Numbered from the stretch's first letter, positions 17,060-27,499 are shown. The stretch: DNA of 64,000 nt from Patescibacteria group bacterium (GCA_021735685.1 JAIPGN010000003.1:1269-65268); one strand, 5' to 3'. The notes: a model not told the origin generated them from the letters alone. Translations and numbers: made by a program.

Positions 17060-18109
17060 TTATTTATCTTTAAATTTTAAACATTCTTGAGCAATAACTA
17101 ATTCTTCGTTGGCTAAAACTTTAATCACTTTCACTCCTTTTAAAATTAATAAATCTTTTTTGATTTGATTAACTGTGTCTGGTAAACCAGTCCCAATTGC
17201 CCCGGAAAAAACCAAGGCATCTATTTTACCTAAAATAGAGTAATAAGCTCCAATGTATTTTTCCAATTGATAAACAAAAATATCAAAAGCAAGTCGAGCT
17301 TGTGAATTTTTTCCCTTTCGCACTGCTTGCACTAATTGATAAAAATCATCTTTTCCAAAAATTCCTTTAATCCCTGATTCGAAATTTAATAATTGATTAA
17401 TTTCTGGAATTGACATTTTTAACTTCTGGTTTAAATATAATAAAATTCCGGGATCAATACTACCCGACCGGGACATCATCACTAAACCTTCTAAAGGAGT
17501 AAAGCCCATACTAGTATCAATTGGCTTACCTTTTTTAATTGCAGTAATACTACAACCTCCGCCCAAATGACAAGTAATTAAATTCATTTCTTTGGTCTTC
17601 TTTTTTAATTTGAATGCTGCCTGTTCAAGCATATATTGATGAGAAATTCCATGAAAGCCAAAACGACGCAAATTATATTGACGATAATATTTTAAAGGCA
17701 AGGCATAAACTTTAGCCCGATTAGGTAAATCTACAAAAAAAGAAGTATCAAAAACAGCAACTTGTTGAGCCGAAGGAATTAATTGAGAAATTTTTTCCAA
17801 AACTTTAACTTGAACAGGATTATGAAGGGGCGCTAAATCATTTAATTCTTTTAATTGTGACAGACTACCAGAATTAATAATAACTGGTTGCTTAAAAAAA
17901 TCTCCTCCGTGTACTACCCGATGTCCAATAATTTGAGGCAAGCCAAAGGGTTTAATCTTTTTTAGTAAATTTTTTAAAACTTTCAAATGCTCATTTTTTT
18001 TCAAATTTTGAAAGCTTTCCGCTACTTGCACTTGAGAAAGATCAGCTAAAAAAAGCTGATACTTTAAAGAAGTACTTCCACTATTGATAACTAAAATTGG
18101 AGAAGGCAT
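17060..18109 (-). CDS. acetate/butyrate kinase family (ASKHA) protein
   Basis: ILVINSGSTSLKYQLF N-terminus. HRVVHGG. HLGGGCSIT. At 349 aa it is short for AckA. Confidence 0.6.
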   Translation of the reverse strand: MPSPILVINSGSTSLKYQLFLADLSQVQVAESFQNLKKNEHLKVLKNLLKKIKPFGLPQIIGHRVVHGGDFFKQPVIINSGSLSQLKELNDLAPLHNPVQVKVLEKISQLIPSAQQVAVFDTSFFVDLPNRAKVYALPLKYYRQYNLRRFGFHGISHQYMLEQAAFKLKKKTKEMNLITCHLGGGCSITAIKKGKPIDTSMGFTPLEGLVMMSRSGSIDPGILLYLNQKLKMSIPEINQLLNFESGIKGIFGKDDFYQLVQAVRKGKNSQARLAFDIFVYQLEKYIGAYYSILGKIDALVFSGAIGTGLPDTVNQIKKDLLILKGVKVIKVLANEELVIAQECLKFKDK

Positions 18110-18114
18110 AAAAA

Positions 18115-19254
18115 TTAGTAATAAAAAACTTGATAAATAATTCCTAAAAAGAAAACTAGATAAATTAAATAAGCGACAACTTGCGGAAGGCTAAATTTAA
18201 ATTCTGGCGTACGTAAACCCTTTTTCTTGGCCCGATAATAACAGACCACCAAAGCTATCCCCTGAATACCTGATAAAATTCCACCAGAAAAACTAATTAC
18301 TGCCACAAAACTTCTTACTCCTAAAAGAAAGATAAACAAGGGGGTAAAACAAGCTAAAGCCCAAGACAAAAATCTTGGGAAACGATAGTCGCGATGAAAA
18401 AATTCAATCAAAATATGACCCAGGGCTAAAAAAGAAGTAGAAATGGCTAAAAACCCAAAAAAATAACCAATCAAACCAATAATTCCCATTCCCGTCTCCT
18501 TCACTACTCCGATCATAGCCATTTCTGTAGTGAAAATGCCGGTCACTCCCACCACACTTATGCCAAAAATAATATAAATGAGGACGGGAACTGTTATTCC
18601 CAAAACAATAGCCTTTCTAAAAGAAGGAACATCGTCCTTTAATAAACGTCGCATTGTGGGCAAAGCAGTCGCTCCACCCAAGGCAAATAAAATAGCTCCA
18701 TAAGGAAAAAGAATATTAGACCAAGAAAAAGCAGTCAAATTTTGTACACTAATAAAGGAATAACTGAAACCAAAAATTAGGGCCACCACTAATATTAAGG
18801 TAAAGGCCATAAAAAGCTCTAGCTTACTAATAATGCTAATACCTTTAAACAACAAAATGCTAGCTACAGCCCAAAAAGCCAAAGACCAAAGAATTTCGCT
18901 TCCGCCCAAAAAAGGAGTAAAAATAGCCGACAAAAACTGCCCTGAACCAATAATATAAGCAACTAAAGAGCTCAACAAACCAAAAGATAAAGATAAGGTG
19001 ATTAAAAATTGCCATTTTTTCCCCAGATATTTACCAATATAACCAGACATTTCCATTTCTTCATCAGTCCGTAAAATAACCTCAGCGTAACAAAATTTAA
19101 CTAATAAAAAAATCACTCCCAAGAAAAGAAGCAAAAATATGCCGGGAATAAGCCCCGAACTGGCAAAAACATAAGGAAGGCCAAAAATGCCAGCCCCAAC
19201 TATTGTTCCAATTAAAATAGAGGTAGCTTGAATAAAATTTTTCCAATTTTTCAT
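18115..19254 (-). CDS. amino-acid permease (HAAAP/aromatic amino acid-serine transporter-like), 11 TM
   Basis: ILIGTIVGAGIFGLPYVFASSG N-terminal motif. Polytopic. Confidence 0.5.
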   Translation of the reverse strand: MKNWKNFIQATSILIGTIVGAGIFGLPYVFASSGLIPGIFLLLFLGVIFLLVKFCYAEVILRTDEEMEMSGYIGKYLGKKWQFLITLSLSFGLLSSLVAYIIGSGQFLSAIFTPFLGGSEILWSLAFWAVASILLFKGISIISKLELFMAFTLILVVALIFGFSYSFISVQNLTAFSWSNILFPYGAILFALGGATALPTMRRLLKDDVPSFRKAIVLGITVPVLIYIIFGISVVGVTGIFTTEMAMIGVVKETGMGIIGLIGYFFGFLAISTSFLALGHILIEFFHRDYRFPRFLSWALACFTPLFIFLLGVRSFVAVISFSGGILSGIQGIALVVCYYRAKKKGLRTPEFKFSLPQVVAYLIYLVFFLGIIYQVFYY

Positions 19255-19255
19255 A

Positions 19256-20293
19256 TCAATTATCTAGCTCCGGCTTTTCTAAAAAATCATTTTCTATCTG
19301 GGCTTGCCGGCCGGTGATTTTTAAAACATCTTTATCTATTTTTTGAAGCTCACGACCCAAATTATTAAAATTGCCCACCGTTGCACTTAAATTACGACCT
19401 AATCTTTGCAGAAAAACATCAGTGGCTTTAATATGCTTAATTAAACCAGCAACATTCTTTTTAATCTCTCGCGCTGAATCTTCTATTTGTAAAGCGTTTA
19501 AACCTTGCACCACCATTTGTAAGTAAGCCAAAAAAGTAGTCGGAGAAACAATAATCACTTTTTTGTCTCGCAAAGCATATTCTACTAAACTAGAAGCCTC
19601 ACTTTTAATCGCTCCCACCTTTCCCACTAATAAGTCGTAATAAATGGCCTCAGAGGGAATAAACATAAAAGCGAACTCAAAAGTGTTTTTTTCAGGGCGA
19701 ACATATTTAGAAGTTTCCTCAATGCGTTTTTTAAGATCTTGTTGAAAAATTTTCTCTAATTGTTCTCTTCGGGAAGGGTTTTTTTCTTTAATTAAACGGC
19801 TGTAATTTTCTAAAGAAAATTTAGCGTCAATAGGAATTAAACGTTCTTTGATAAAAATAACTGCATCCACAATCAAACCTTTGCCATTTTCCTTATCTTC
19901 TTTACCTAAATTATACTGCATTTGATAAACGTCTGGAGGTAAAATGTTTTTGAGAACTGCCTCTAGACAGCTCTCCCCTAAAATACCTCGATGCTTAGGA
20001 TTTTGAAGAATATTTTGCAAATCCTGTAATTGAGAACCAAAGTCAACTATTTTCTGGTTAGTTTTATCTAATTTTCCCAATTTCTCTGCCACTTCTTGTA
20101 CAATTTTCACATTCTGACCCGATTGAGATTGAATGCTGTTCCTGATTTCTCCAATTTGGCTTTGAAGCATTAAAATTCCTTGTTCTGGTTTAGTTGATTG
20201 TCTCAACTCTCGCAAACTTTTCTTAAAATAAAAAAAAGAAAAAACACTCCCCAGAAATAAAAAAACAATTAAAATAATCAAAAAAGTAGTCAT
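19256..20293 (-). CDS. rmuC: DNA recombination protein RmuC family
   Basis: N-terminal TM, coiled coil, then a C-terminal IPIDAKFSLENY motif. Confidence 0.65.
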   Translation of the reverse strand: MTTFLIILIVFLFLGSVFSFFYFKKSLRELRQSTKPEQGILMLQSQIGEIRNSIQSQSGQNVKIVQEVAEKLGKLDKTNQKIVDFGSQLQDLQNILQNPKHRGILGESCLEAVLKNILPPDVYQMQYNLGKEDKENGKGLIVDAVIFIKERLIPIDAKFSLENYSRLIKEKNPSRREQLEKIFQQDLKKRIEETSKYVRPEKNTFEFAFMFIPSEAIYYDLLVGKVGAIKSEASSLVEYALRDKKVIIVSPTTFLAYLQMVVQGLNALQIEDSAREIKKNVAGLIKHIKATDVFLQRLGRNLSATVGNFNNLGRELQKIDKDVLKITGRQAQIENDFLEKPELDN

Positions 20294-20305
20294 ATTATTA
20301 TAATA

Positions 20306-20497
20306 TCATTTTTGATGCCAAAAAGCAAACTCTCCAAGAAGCAAAAAAAAGCAACTAATCAGAGAAATAACAAAAATAATCCTCAAATCTAACCAAAAAG
20401 AAACAAAGCCAGGCTGAAAATCCTCCAACAAACAAAGCCCCAAGAAACAAATCAGGCTTATTATTAAAATATTGATAAGAATCTTTCTTAATATCAT
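20306..20497 (-). CDS. hypothetical small membrane protein
   Basis: 63 aa with 2 TM. Its start overlaps the stop of the upstream gene. Confidence 0.3.
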   Translation of the reverse strand: MILRKILINILIISLICFLGLCLLEDFQPGFVSFWLDLRIIFVISLISCFFLLLGEFAFWHQK

Positions 20498-21108
20498 TAT
20501 TGTTTTTTAATTTTCTCTATTAAATAATCTTGTAAATCTTGCCAAAAATCTTGCCAATTAAAAGGTGGACGCGAAAGATGAACCGTAATTTCTTTAATCT
20601 TAATTTCGTGACGCGCTGCCGTTAAGCCCGGTGCGGAAATCATAAATTCCAAAGCATGATCGGTCAAATATTCTGCTCCTCCTTGAAACTTAACTTGAGC
20701 CCTTTGCCATTCTAAACTCGGCTCTTGCTTAACTTTTTTTAATTGAAATTCCCAATCCAAAGGGTTATGTTTTTTCTTCATTAAACCTAATTGCAAAGCT
20801 GAATGTTGATAATTTTGATAAACAATCTCTAATTCTATTTCGGAAAAAGTTCGCGGAACTTTTATTTTAAAATAAACTGGCTCTACAAAAATTCTCTGCC
20901 AACAATTTTCTTCTTGCCTTTCTATTCTTCCCACTCGGTCTTCGGGGTAAAGTTTAGAAATTAATCGGGAAGGTAAACAAAAATTACGATGAACTCTTAG
21001 CTCTCCTCGGACCACCAAATTTTGATAGAATAACCAACTTAATAAAATCAAAAAAAATACCCCTAAAATTAATCTCAATAATTTTATAATATTTTTTTCT
21101 GACACCAT
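20497..21108 (-). CDS. hypothetical protein, N-terminal TM anchor
   Basis: ORF only. Confidence 0.3.
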   Translation of the reverse strand: MVSEKNIIKLLRLILGVFFLILLSWLFYQNLVVRGELRVHRNFCLPSRLISKLYPEDRVGRIERQEENCWQRIFVEPVYFKIKVPRTFSEIELEIVYQNYQHSALQLGLMKKKHNPLDWEFQLKKVKQEPSLEWQRAQVKFQGGAEYLTDHALEFMISAPGLTAARHEIKIKEITVHLSRPPFNWQDFWQDLQDYLIEKIKKQ

Positions 21109-21114
21109 AAAAAA

Positions 21115-23388
21115 CTAAAAATTATTTTCTGGCCGGTAATGCCAAATCATCACTTCGCCCATTTGCTGACGAGGACCTAAAATCTGATCTAAAGAATCAA
21201 TGATTTCTTGCCGACGATCGAAAAAGACCCAACGTGCTTCCGTCATAAAATAACAACTTTTGGCACCAGTAACCTCTAAAGCTTTCTCTAAATAACGCAA
21301 AGAAGGGGCTTGATTCATATGATCAAACAATTGCACTCTTTCCGGCTGACGATACTCAAAATAATAAGGAAAACCACCTGTAATAATTTGTCGACCCGAA
21401 ACTCCTTCCAAAGCCAAAAGAGGCCAAGTGTTGGCCAAGACGCAATAAGAAATATTTTTTTGATTCGTGTTTTCTCTTTGATAAGCAGACCAAATATAAT
21501 GAGCTGCCTCTCGCTCATCTTGTGTTACCACTTGGAATTTGGGGCCAGAGGCATAAGCGCTCACTGAGATCAAAGCCAAAGAAAAAATCAAAACACCAAC
21601 AATAACTGTTCGACGAGAAGATAACCAAGAAAATAAACCCATGGCCAAAGGAAAAAAGAATAAAAAAGAAATTAACAAAACCAATCTTTTGGTAAAAAGA
21701 TGATTGCCTTCCATAAAAGAAGAAGCGATCATCTGATTAACCAGAAAAATAAACAAAGAAAGTATTAGCCAGAGAGCTAAACTTTTCCGAGAAGAACGCC
21801 AAGAAACAAAGATGCCCCGCAAAACCATTAAACAGACCAAAGGGCTTAAAAAAAGCCACCAAGGAATAATCTCTAAAAGAACAGAACGCGACAACACTTG
21901 TCGAGTTTGAGAATAAAGCCAACTGTCTTGTTCAAATTGATAAATTCGCGGAAAAATAGCTTCTTGGGAAAAAAACAAAGCCGAACCGAATCTCTGAAAA
22001 GCCTCCGAAATTCTCTCTCTGTTCAAATTCGATATTTTAAAAATAGAATAATCATGATGAGTATCCAAAAGAGGCATCAAGGCGAACCCTAAAATTAAAA
22101 TTAAAAAAATAATTAACAACCCCCTCTTCTTCCGAGGCGGATCAGAGAAATAAAAAAACCTTAAACCTTGAGCCAAAAAAATCATCACGAGAAAAGCGAA
22201 AAAATAAAGAATATAACTAAAATAAAGAAAAATTAAAAAAAGTGGCATTAATGTCCAAAATTTACGAGAAGAAATTTCTCCTTTTAAAAATTGACCTCCC
22301 CAAATCAATAAAAATATAAAAGGTAAAAAAGAAAAAGAAACCGGCACAGTGATGCTACCATAAATCTGAAAAGGGTAGAAAAGAAAAGGTAAAAACATAA
22401 CCAAATAAATAAATTCCTTTTTGCGAGAAAAGAACAAAGCCAATCTAGCTAATAAAAAAGGCAGGAAGAAAGAAAAAAGCAAAGCGCCCAAAATTAAATC
22501 AATATAAAAAACATCAATTCCGGTTAACCAAGAAAGGCTAATAGTTAAACCCCACATCTGAGCATAAGAAGTCTTATTGCCGGCCACTAAAACTTCAGGC
22601 ACTCTCCACGGGCCTATCGACAAATAAGATACTTCTGTTCCTCCTAAAGCTGGCTCATAAATGCGACCCTCCATCAACCATCTTTCCGCTCCAAGATGAC
22701 GCCACTTGTCTCCCCCAAAGCCAGCTTGATAAGGAATTAATAAATAAGCATGCAAAAGCAAAGAAGCTAAGATTATAATCAACAAAAATCTTTTTAATTT
22801 AATTTTACTCAAAATTAAAAAGCCGATAATCAAAACAATGATTAACCAGCCATAGAGATAAAAAGGATGAATCACTTCCCAGGGAGAACGAATATAGTTA
22901 CCCGTGCGGGCCCGGAACAACAAAAGAAAGCAAACGATTAATAAAAAGAAAAAAACAAAATAAACAATCTTAGGAACTCTAAAAGCAGAAGGATCGGGAA
23001 TTAATTTTAATTCTTTTTCGCTTTCTTTTTTTTGTATTTTAATCTTGTTCAAAAAAGAAAGAGCAAGAGTTAAAAAAATTAATATTCCGCCAAAAAAAAG
23101 CGGCGTTATTTTGTAAAAAGTAATTGGCAAAGCCGTTAAAAAAGCAATTAAATAAAGAAGGGCGAAAAGACCAAAAGCGGAAGAAAAAATTTTACCCTCT
23201 CCCCATTTTTGAAAAAAATGCGAGCACCAACAAAAATTTAAAAATAGATAAATCAAGGTAACCAACCAAAACAAAAAAAGACTTTGAATGGTTTGAAAAT
23301 TTAAATACCAAATTAAAACCGCACCAATGGCTAAAAAAGTAAAAAAGAAATTATGATTTTTTTTAATCTTATTAATTAAGAATTTCAT
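21115..23388 (-). CDS. large polytopic membrane protein, possible GT-C-fold glycosyltransferase (ArnT/PMT/YfhO-like)
   Basis: 757 aa with more than 14 TM helices and a C-terminal soluble domain. Overlaps the GT4 gene by 17 nt. Confidence 0.3.
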   Translation of the reverse strand: MKFLINKIKKNHNFFFTFLAIGAVLIWYLNFQTIQSLFLFWLVTLIYLFLNFCWCSHFFQKWGEGKIFSSAFGLFALLYLIAFLTALPITFYKITPLFFGGILIFLTLALSFLNKIKIQKKESEKELKLIPDPSAFRVPKIVYFVFFFLLIVCFLLLFRARTGNYIRSPWEVIHPFYLYGWLIIVLIIGFLILSKIKLKRFLLIIILASLLLHAYLLIPYQAGFGGDKWRHLGAERWLMEGRIYEPALGGTEVSYLSIGPWRVPEVLVAGNKTSYAQMWGLTISLSWLTGIDVFYIDLILGALLFSFFLPFLLARLALFFSRKKEFIYLVMFLPFLFYPFQIYGSITVPVSFSFLPFIFLLIWGGQFLKGEISSRKFWTLMPLFLIFLYFSYILYFFAFLVMIFLAQGLRFFYFSDPPRKKRGLLIIFLILILGFALMPLLDTHHDYSIFKISNLNRERISEAFQRFGSALFFSQEAIFPRIYQFEQDSWLYSQTRQVLSRSVLLEIIPWWLFLSPLVCLMVLRGIFVSWRSSRKSLALWLILSLFIFLVNQMIASSFMEGNHLFTKRLVLLISFLFFFPLAMGLFSWLSSRRTVIVGVLIFSLALISVSAYASGPKFQVVTQDEREAAHYIWSAYQRENTNQKNISYCVLANTWPLLALEGVSGRQIITGGFPYYFEYRQPERVQLFDHMNQAPSLRYLEKALEVTGAKSCYFMTEARWVFFDRRQEIIDSLDQILGPRQQMGEVMIWHYRPENNF

Positions 23389-24547
23389 AATAAAGCTTTT
23401 CTAAATTTTTTGTTATTTGAGGCCAATTATATTTTTCTTCCACCAATCTTTTGCTTTTTTCCCCTAAAGCCTTTCTTAAATTTTGATCCTTGATTAAAAT
23501 TTTAATTTTTTGAGCCAACTGTTGATCATTACCCTTAGGGAATAAAAAACCATTTCCTTCTACCAAAGAATTAGGTCCCGGTAAATCAGAAACAATAATT
23601 GGCTTAGCACTAGCCATAGCCTCTAATGAAACCAAGCCGAAAGCCTCAGAACTACTAATGGAAGGCAAAATAAAAACATCGGCCAATTGGTAATATTTCG
23701 GTAATAATTCGTCACTAATTCGCCCCGCAAAAATTATCTGACTAGAAGAGAGGCCCAATTTTTGACTTAATTGCTGATAATCCTTTCTTAAGTCACCATC
23801 CCCCACCAAAACCAAACAAGGACTTATTTCCCTCAGCTCTTTTCGGGCCAAAGCCTTTAACAAAACCGGAACTCCCTTGAAATAATGAGCTCGATCCAAA
23901 CCCCCCACAAAAAGTAAAACCGGCTTCCCTTTTTTAATTTGATGCTTTTTGAGTAGAGCATCATCTTTTTTCTGAGGAAAAAATCTTTGCTGATGTACAC
24001 CAAAGGGACTAATAATAAATTTATCTGAATAAATTTTGGCCCATTTTTTTAAAAACGAATTTTCTAAATAAGAAGACGAAGAAACTAAAATTTTCTGCGC
24101 CACTTTAACCATTTTTTTATTAAAAAAATAATTGTAAAGCTGAAAGATAAAACCCCGCCACCCTCGGTCAATTAAATCCATGTGATACTGAACTATTAAG
24201 CGAGATTTAATTGAAGAAGAGAAGAGTATTAATTCTCCAGTGCCGATAAAAGGCCAATGCAAATGAATAATATCGAAAGTTTCTAATTTTTTCCGTAAAC
24301 CAGACAAAAAGGCGGCATTACCAAAATGCCAAATTGGAACTAAACGCTCTACCCTAAAACCAAACATCTTCTCTTGGCTCTTTATTTCTTTCCGATATTG
24401 AGGAGTAAAAACAGTCACCCGATGACCTTGTCGAGCTAATTCTTTGGCTTGTTCTAGGCAAACATTCCCCATTCCTCCTTGATAAGGAGGAAAAGAGCAA
24501 ATGAGATGAGCGATTTTTAGTTTAGACAGATTATTTTGAAATGACAT
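23372..24547 (-). CDS. glycosyltransferase family 4
   Basis: EAFGLVSLEAMASAKPIIVSD GT4 C-terminal motif. Confidence 0.8.
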   Translation of the reverse strand: MSFQNNLSKLKIAHLICSFPPYQGGMGNVCLEQAKELARQGHRVTVFTPQYRKEIKSQEKMFGFRVERLVPIWHFGNAAFLSGLRKKLETFDIIHLHWPFIGTGELILFSSSIKSRLIVQYHMDLIDRGWRGFIFQLYNYFFNKKMVKVAQKILVSSSSYLENSFLKKWAKIYSDKFIISPFGVHQQRFFPQKKDDALLKKHQIKKGKPVLLFVGGLDRAHYFKGVPVLLKALARKELREISPCLVLVGDGDLRKDYQQLSQKLGLSSSQIIFAGRISDELLPKYYQLADVFILPSISSSEAFGLVSLEAMASAKPIIVSDLPGPNSLVEGNGFLFPKGNDQQLAQKIKILIKDQNLRKALGEKSKRLVEEKYNWPQITKNLEKLYYEILN

Positions 24548-24576
24548 ATTTAATATTAAAAACCAAAAAATATCAA

Positions 24577-25350
24577 TTAAGAATTAACCTCTACTCCGAT
24601 GGGGCAATGATCAGAAAGCATGACTTGAGGATATATATAGGCTTGGTGCAAATTCAAAGATGAAGCCAAAAAAAGAAAAACATAATCTATTCGCCAACCG
24701 ATATTTCTTTGACGAGCTTGAGCGAAATGAGACCACCAAGTATAATGACCCGGTTCTGAGTTTAATTCTCGCCAACTATCTTTAAACCCCAAATCTACTA
24801 ATTGATCAATTTTCTTTCTTTCGGCCGGAGTAAACATTGTATTTTTTTTATTAGCCTTTGGTCGAGCCAAGTCAATATCCTGATGAGCAACATTAAAATC
24901 GCCAGTCAAAATAATTGGCTTACCTTGAGAAATAATTTTTTTTAAATAATTAAAAAGACAATCATAAGCTTGAAGCTTGTAGTCCATATTCTCCTGCTTT
25001 CTTCCTCCATTAGGAAGATAAAGATTAATTAAAACAAAATCTTGATATTCAGCTTCCATAATCCGCCCCTCTTGGTCAAACTTTTCCCACCCCAAACTCT
25101 TTTTAACTGAAAGCGGTTTTTCTTTGACAAATAAAGCTGTGCCCGCATAACCCTTTTTTAAAGCAGGATTAAAATAAGTATAATATTTTTTCATATTCTT
25201 GACCGCAGAAGGAATTTGGTCTTCATAAGCCCGAATTTCCTGAAAACAGAAAATGTCAGCGGATTCTTTTTTGAGCCATCCCTGAAGACCTTTCCTCTCA
25301 GCAGCCCGAATACCATTTAAATTAAAAGAAATAATTTTTGTTTTTGACAT
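24577..25350 (-). CDS. xth: exodeoxyribonuclease III
   Basis: KIISFNLNGIRA...FCFQE...LTGDFNVAHQDIDL...MLSDHCPI. Confidence 0.9.
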   Translation of the reverse strand: MSKTKIISFNLNGIRAAERKGLQGWLKKESADIFCFQEIRAYEDQIPSAVKNMKKYYTYFNPALKKGYAGTALFVKEKPLSVKKSLGWEKFDQEGRIMEAEYQDFVLINLYLPNGGRKQENMDYKLQAYDCLFNYLKKIISQGKPIILTGDFNVAHQDIDLARPKANKKNTMFTPAERKKIDQLVDLGFKDSWRELNSEPGHYTWWSHFAQARQRNIGWRIDYVFLFLASSLNLHQAYIYPQVMLSDHCPIGVEVNS

Positions 25351-25356
25351 AAAAAT

Positions 25357-26223
25357 TTATTTTTGACAATAAGGGCAATAACGAGTCCCCCGCCCGCTTA
25401 CTTTAATTTTTTTAATTAAAGCTTGCCCGCATCTTAAACATTTCTCCCCTTCTCTTTGATAAACTTTCAAAAATTTAGAAAAATTACCTTGGCGCCCTTG
25501 AGAATCTCGATAATGATTAAAAGTGGTTCCTCGGTAATTAATTGCCTTTTGAAGAATTTTAAAAATAGCTTGATGTAATTTTTTAATTTCCGCAGGAACG
25601 AGAGTGTTAATTGAACGAGTCGGCTTAATTTTTGCCTGAAAAAGGCTTTCATCTACATAGATATTTCCTAAACCAGCAATGTATTCCTGATTCAAAAGAA
25701 AGGGCTTAATCTTACCTTTTCGTCCTTGAAGTAATTTTTGGAAATTGTTGATAGTAAATTCAGAGTCCAAGGGCTCTAAACCTAATCTTTCTTTAATTTT
25801 TTCCAAACTGGAGACTTTAATTATCTGCCAATAACCAAATTGACGTTGGTCGTTGTAGAATAATTGAGAATTATCTTGAAAATAAATAATAAGGTGAGTT
25901 TGAGAAGAAGGCAAACCAAAATCATTCTCAAGCTCACCATGACCTCCAGCAATAATTTTTTGATCTTGTTTATAAATTAATTGCCCCGTTAAACGTAAAT
26001 GAATCAAAAGATAAGATGAGGACGGTTGAGCTAATTTTATAACAATAAATTTGCCTTGCCGAAAAATATCAACAAAACAATTATTCTTGAGCGTTTTTTT
26101 AAACAAAGGGACTGAATCCTTAACAATCTTAAATAAACGAACATCCACTTCCTTAATCCTTTGATTAAGAAGGCTTTTTTTTAAATCTTGAACAATGGTT
26201 TCTACTTCTGGCAATTCTGGCAT
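25357..26223 (-). CDS. mutM: formamidopyrimidine-DNA glycosylase
   Basis: MPELPEVETI N-terminus. C-terminal zinc finger (CLRCGQ...CPYCQ). Confidence 0.9.
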   Translation of the reverse strand: MPELPEVETIVQDLKKSLLNQRIKEVDVRLFKIVKDSVPLFKKTLKNNCFVDIFRQGKFIVIKLAQPSSSYLLIHLRLTGQLIYKQDQKIIAGGHGELENDFGLPSSQTHLIIYFQDNSQLFYNDQRQFGYWQIIKVSSLEKIKERLGLEPLDSEFTINNFQKLLQGRKGKIKPFLLNQEYIAGLGNIYVDESLFQAKIKPTRSINTLVPAEIKKLHQAIFKILQKAINYRGTTFNHYRDSQGRQGNFSKFLKVYQREGEKCLRCGQALIKKIKVSGRGTRYCPYCQK

Positions 26224-26259
26224 ATCTTTATTATAACAATTTTTTTCACTATCTTAAAG

Positions 26260-26296
26260 AACAAAAAGCCCTGGCCTTAAAAATTGACCAGGGCTA
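26260..26296 (-). terminator. rho-independent terminator of hsp20 (GCCCTGG-N13-CCAGGGC + TTTTTGTT on the minus strand)
   Basis: Perfect 7-bp GC-rich stem. Confidence 0.45.
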
Positions 26297-26317
26297 ATTA
26301 AATTATAACTATAAGGC

Positions 26318-26743
26318 CTAAGATTTCTTTTTTGAGACTTGCACATCTATCTTCCTGGACTGAGATTCTTCCTCTTTGGGAATAACAATCTTTAATAATC
26401 CGTCTTCGTAATTGGCTTGAGCGTCTCCCTCTTTTACTTTGGCTGGCAAATTAATCGATCTTTGAAAATAACCAGAAGAAAACTCTTGGTGATAGTAGTT
26501 CTTCTTTTTTTCTTCTTTCTTGTCTTCTGACTTTCCTTCTATCTCTAAAACATTATTCTCAATGGTCACTTTAATATCTTCCGGGCTAAAACCAGGAATT
26601 TCCGCTTCTGCCACTATTTCTTTTTCCTTGTTTTCCAAATTAATTCTCGGAAATTTTTGCCAACGAGAAGGAATAACCGGAAAGAAATCATCTTCAAAAA
26701 AGTTATCTAATGACCTAAAAGGTTCAAAGGGAATAATAGCCAT
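26318..26743 (-). CDS. Hsp20/alpha-crystallin small heat-shock protein
   Basis: IPFEPFRSLDNFFEDDF...DIKVTIENNVLEIEGK... Confidence 0.85.
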   Translation of the reverse strand: MAIIPFEPFRSLDNFFEDDFFPVIPSRWQKFPRINLENKEKEIVAEAEIPGFSPEDIKVTIENNVLEIEGKSEDKKEEKKKNYYHQEFSSGYFQRSINLPAKVKEGDAQANYEDGLLKIVIPKEEESQSRKIDVQVSKKKS

Positions 26744-26893
26744 AGGACAAATAAGTTAAAAACTAACAAAAAAACGACCTTTATTTAAAAAATAACAAAA
26801 AATAAAAAATCGTCAAGTTTAAAAATTAATTAATAGATCATAACCCACATATAAACTTTTATCTCTACTTCTTTTAATATCTTGCTTCAAAAG

Positions 26894-27499
26894 CTATATT
26901 TTAAAAGTCTCGCCATGTCCAGGATAAATCACCATCCCCGGCTTTAATAAACCTGATAACCTTTTCAAAGATTTCACAAGATCTCCATAAGGACCACCCA
27001 AAAGATCTGTTCGACCATAACCATCTTTGAACAAGGTGTCACCAGTAAAAATAAAATCCTCCCCTAATAAACAAATTCCACCTTTCGTATGTCCCGGCGT
27101 ATTAATAACATTCAAGGCATTATCCCCTACACTAATTTTGTCTCCCTCTTTTAAAAATCTATCTGCATCAAAATCAATAAAATCTTTTTCATTTTCGTGG
27201 ATCAAAATCTGAGCTCCTGTTTCTTCTTTTATTTTCTTGTTGGCCAAAACATGATCAAAGTGATAATGAGTGTTAATGATATATTTTGGTTTAACTTTTG
27301 CTTCTTTAATTTCTTTCAAAATTTTTTCAGCCTCATCTCCTGGATCAATAACAACAAGTTCGTTATTTGAAATAAATAAATAGCAATTTGTGTCTATTTC
27401 CCCGACAATTATTTGCCTAACAATGCCTGTTGATTCGTTCTTCATAAGCTTCTTTTTACCAAAAAATGAAAAAGTGAACAATTTTCCAATAAAAACCAA
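26894..27499 (-). CDS. MBL-fold metallo-hydrolase
   Basis: THYHFDHV motif. The likely true start is the internal Met at about 27445. Confidence 0.7.
   Translation of the reverse strand: MVFIGKLFTFSFFGKKKLMKNESTGIVRQIIVGEIDTNCYLFISNNELVVIDPGDEAEKILKEIKEAKVKPKYIINTHYHFDHVLANKKIKEETGAQILIHENEKDFIDFDADRFLKEGDKISVGDNALNVINTPGHTKGGICLLGEDFIFTGDTLFKDGYGRTDLLGGPYGDLVKSLKRLSGLLKPGMVIYPGHGETFKI

Noticed and set aside
21310-22092. Small ORFs on both strands inside the 757-aa membrane gene
   Set aside because: Embedded in a long continuous ORF with consistent TM periodicity.
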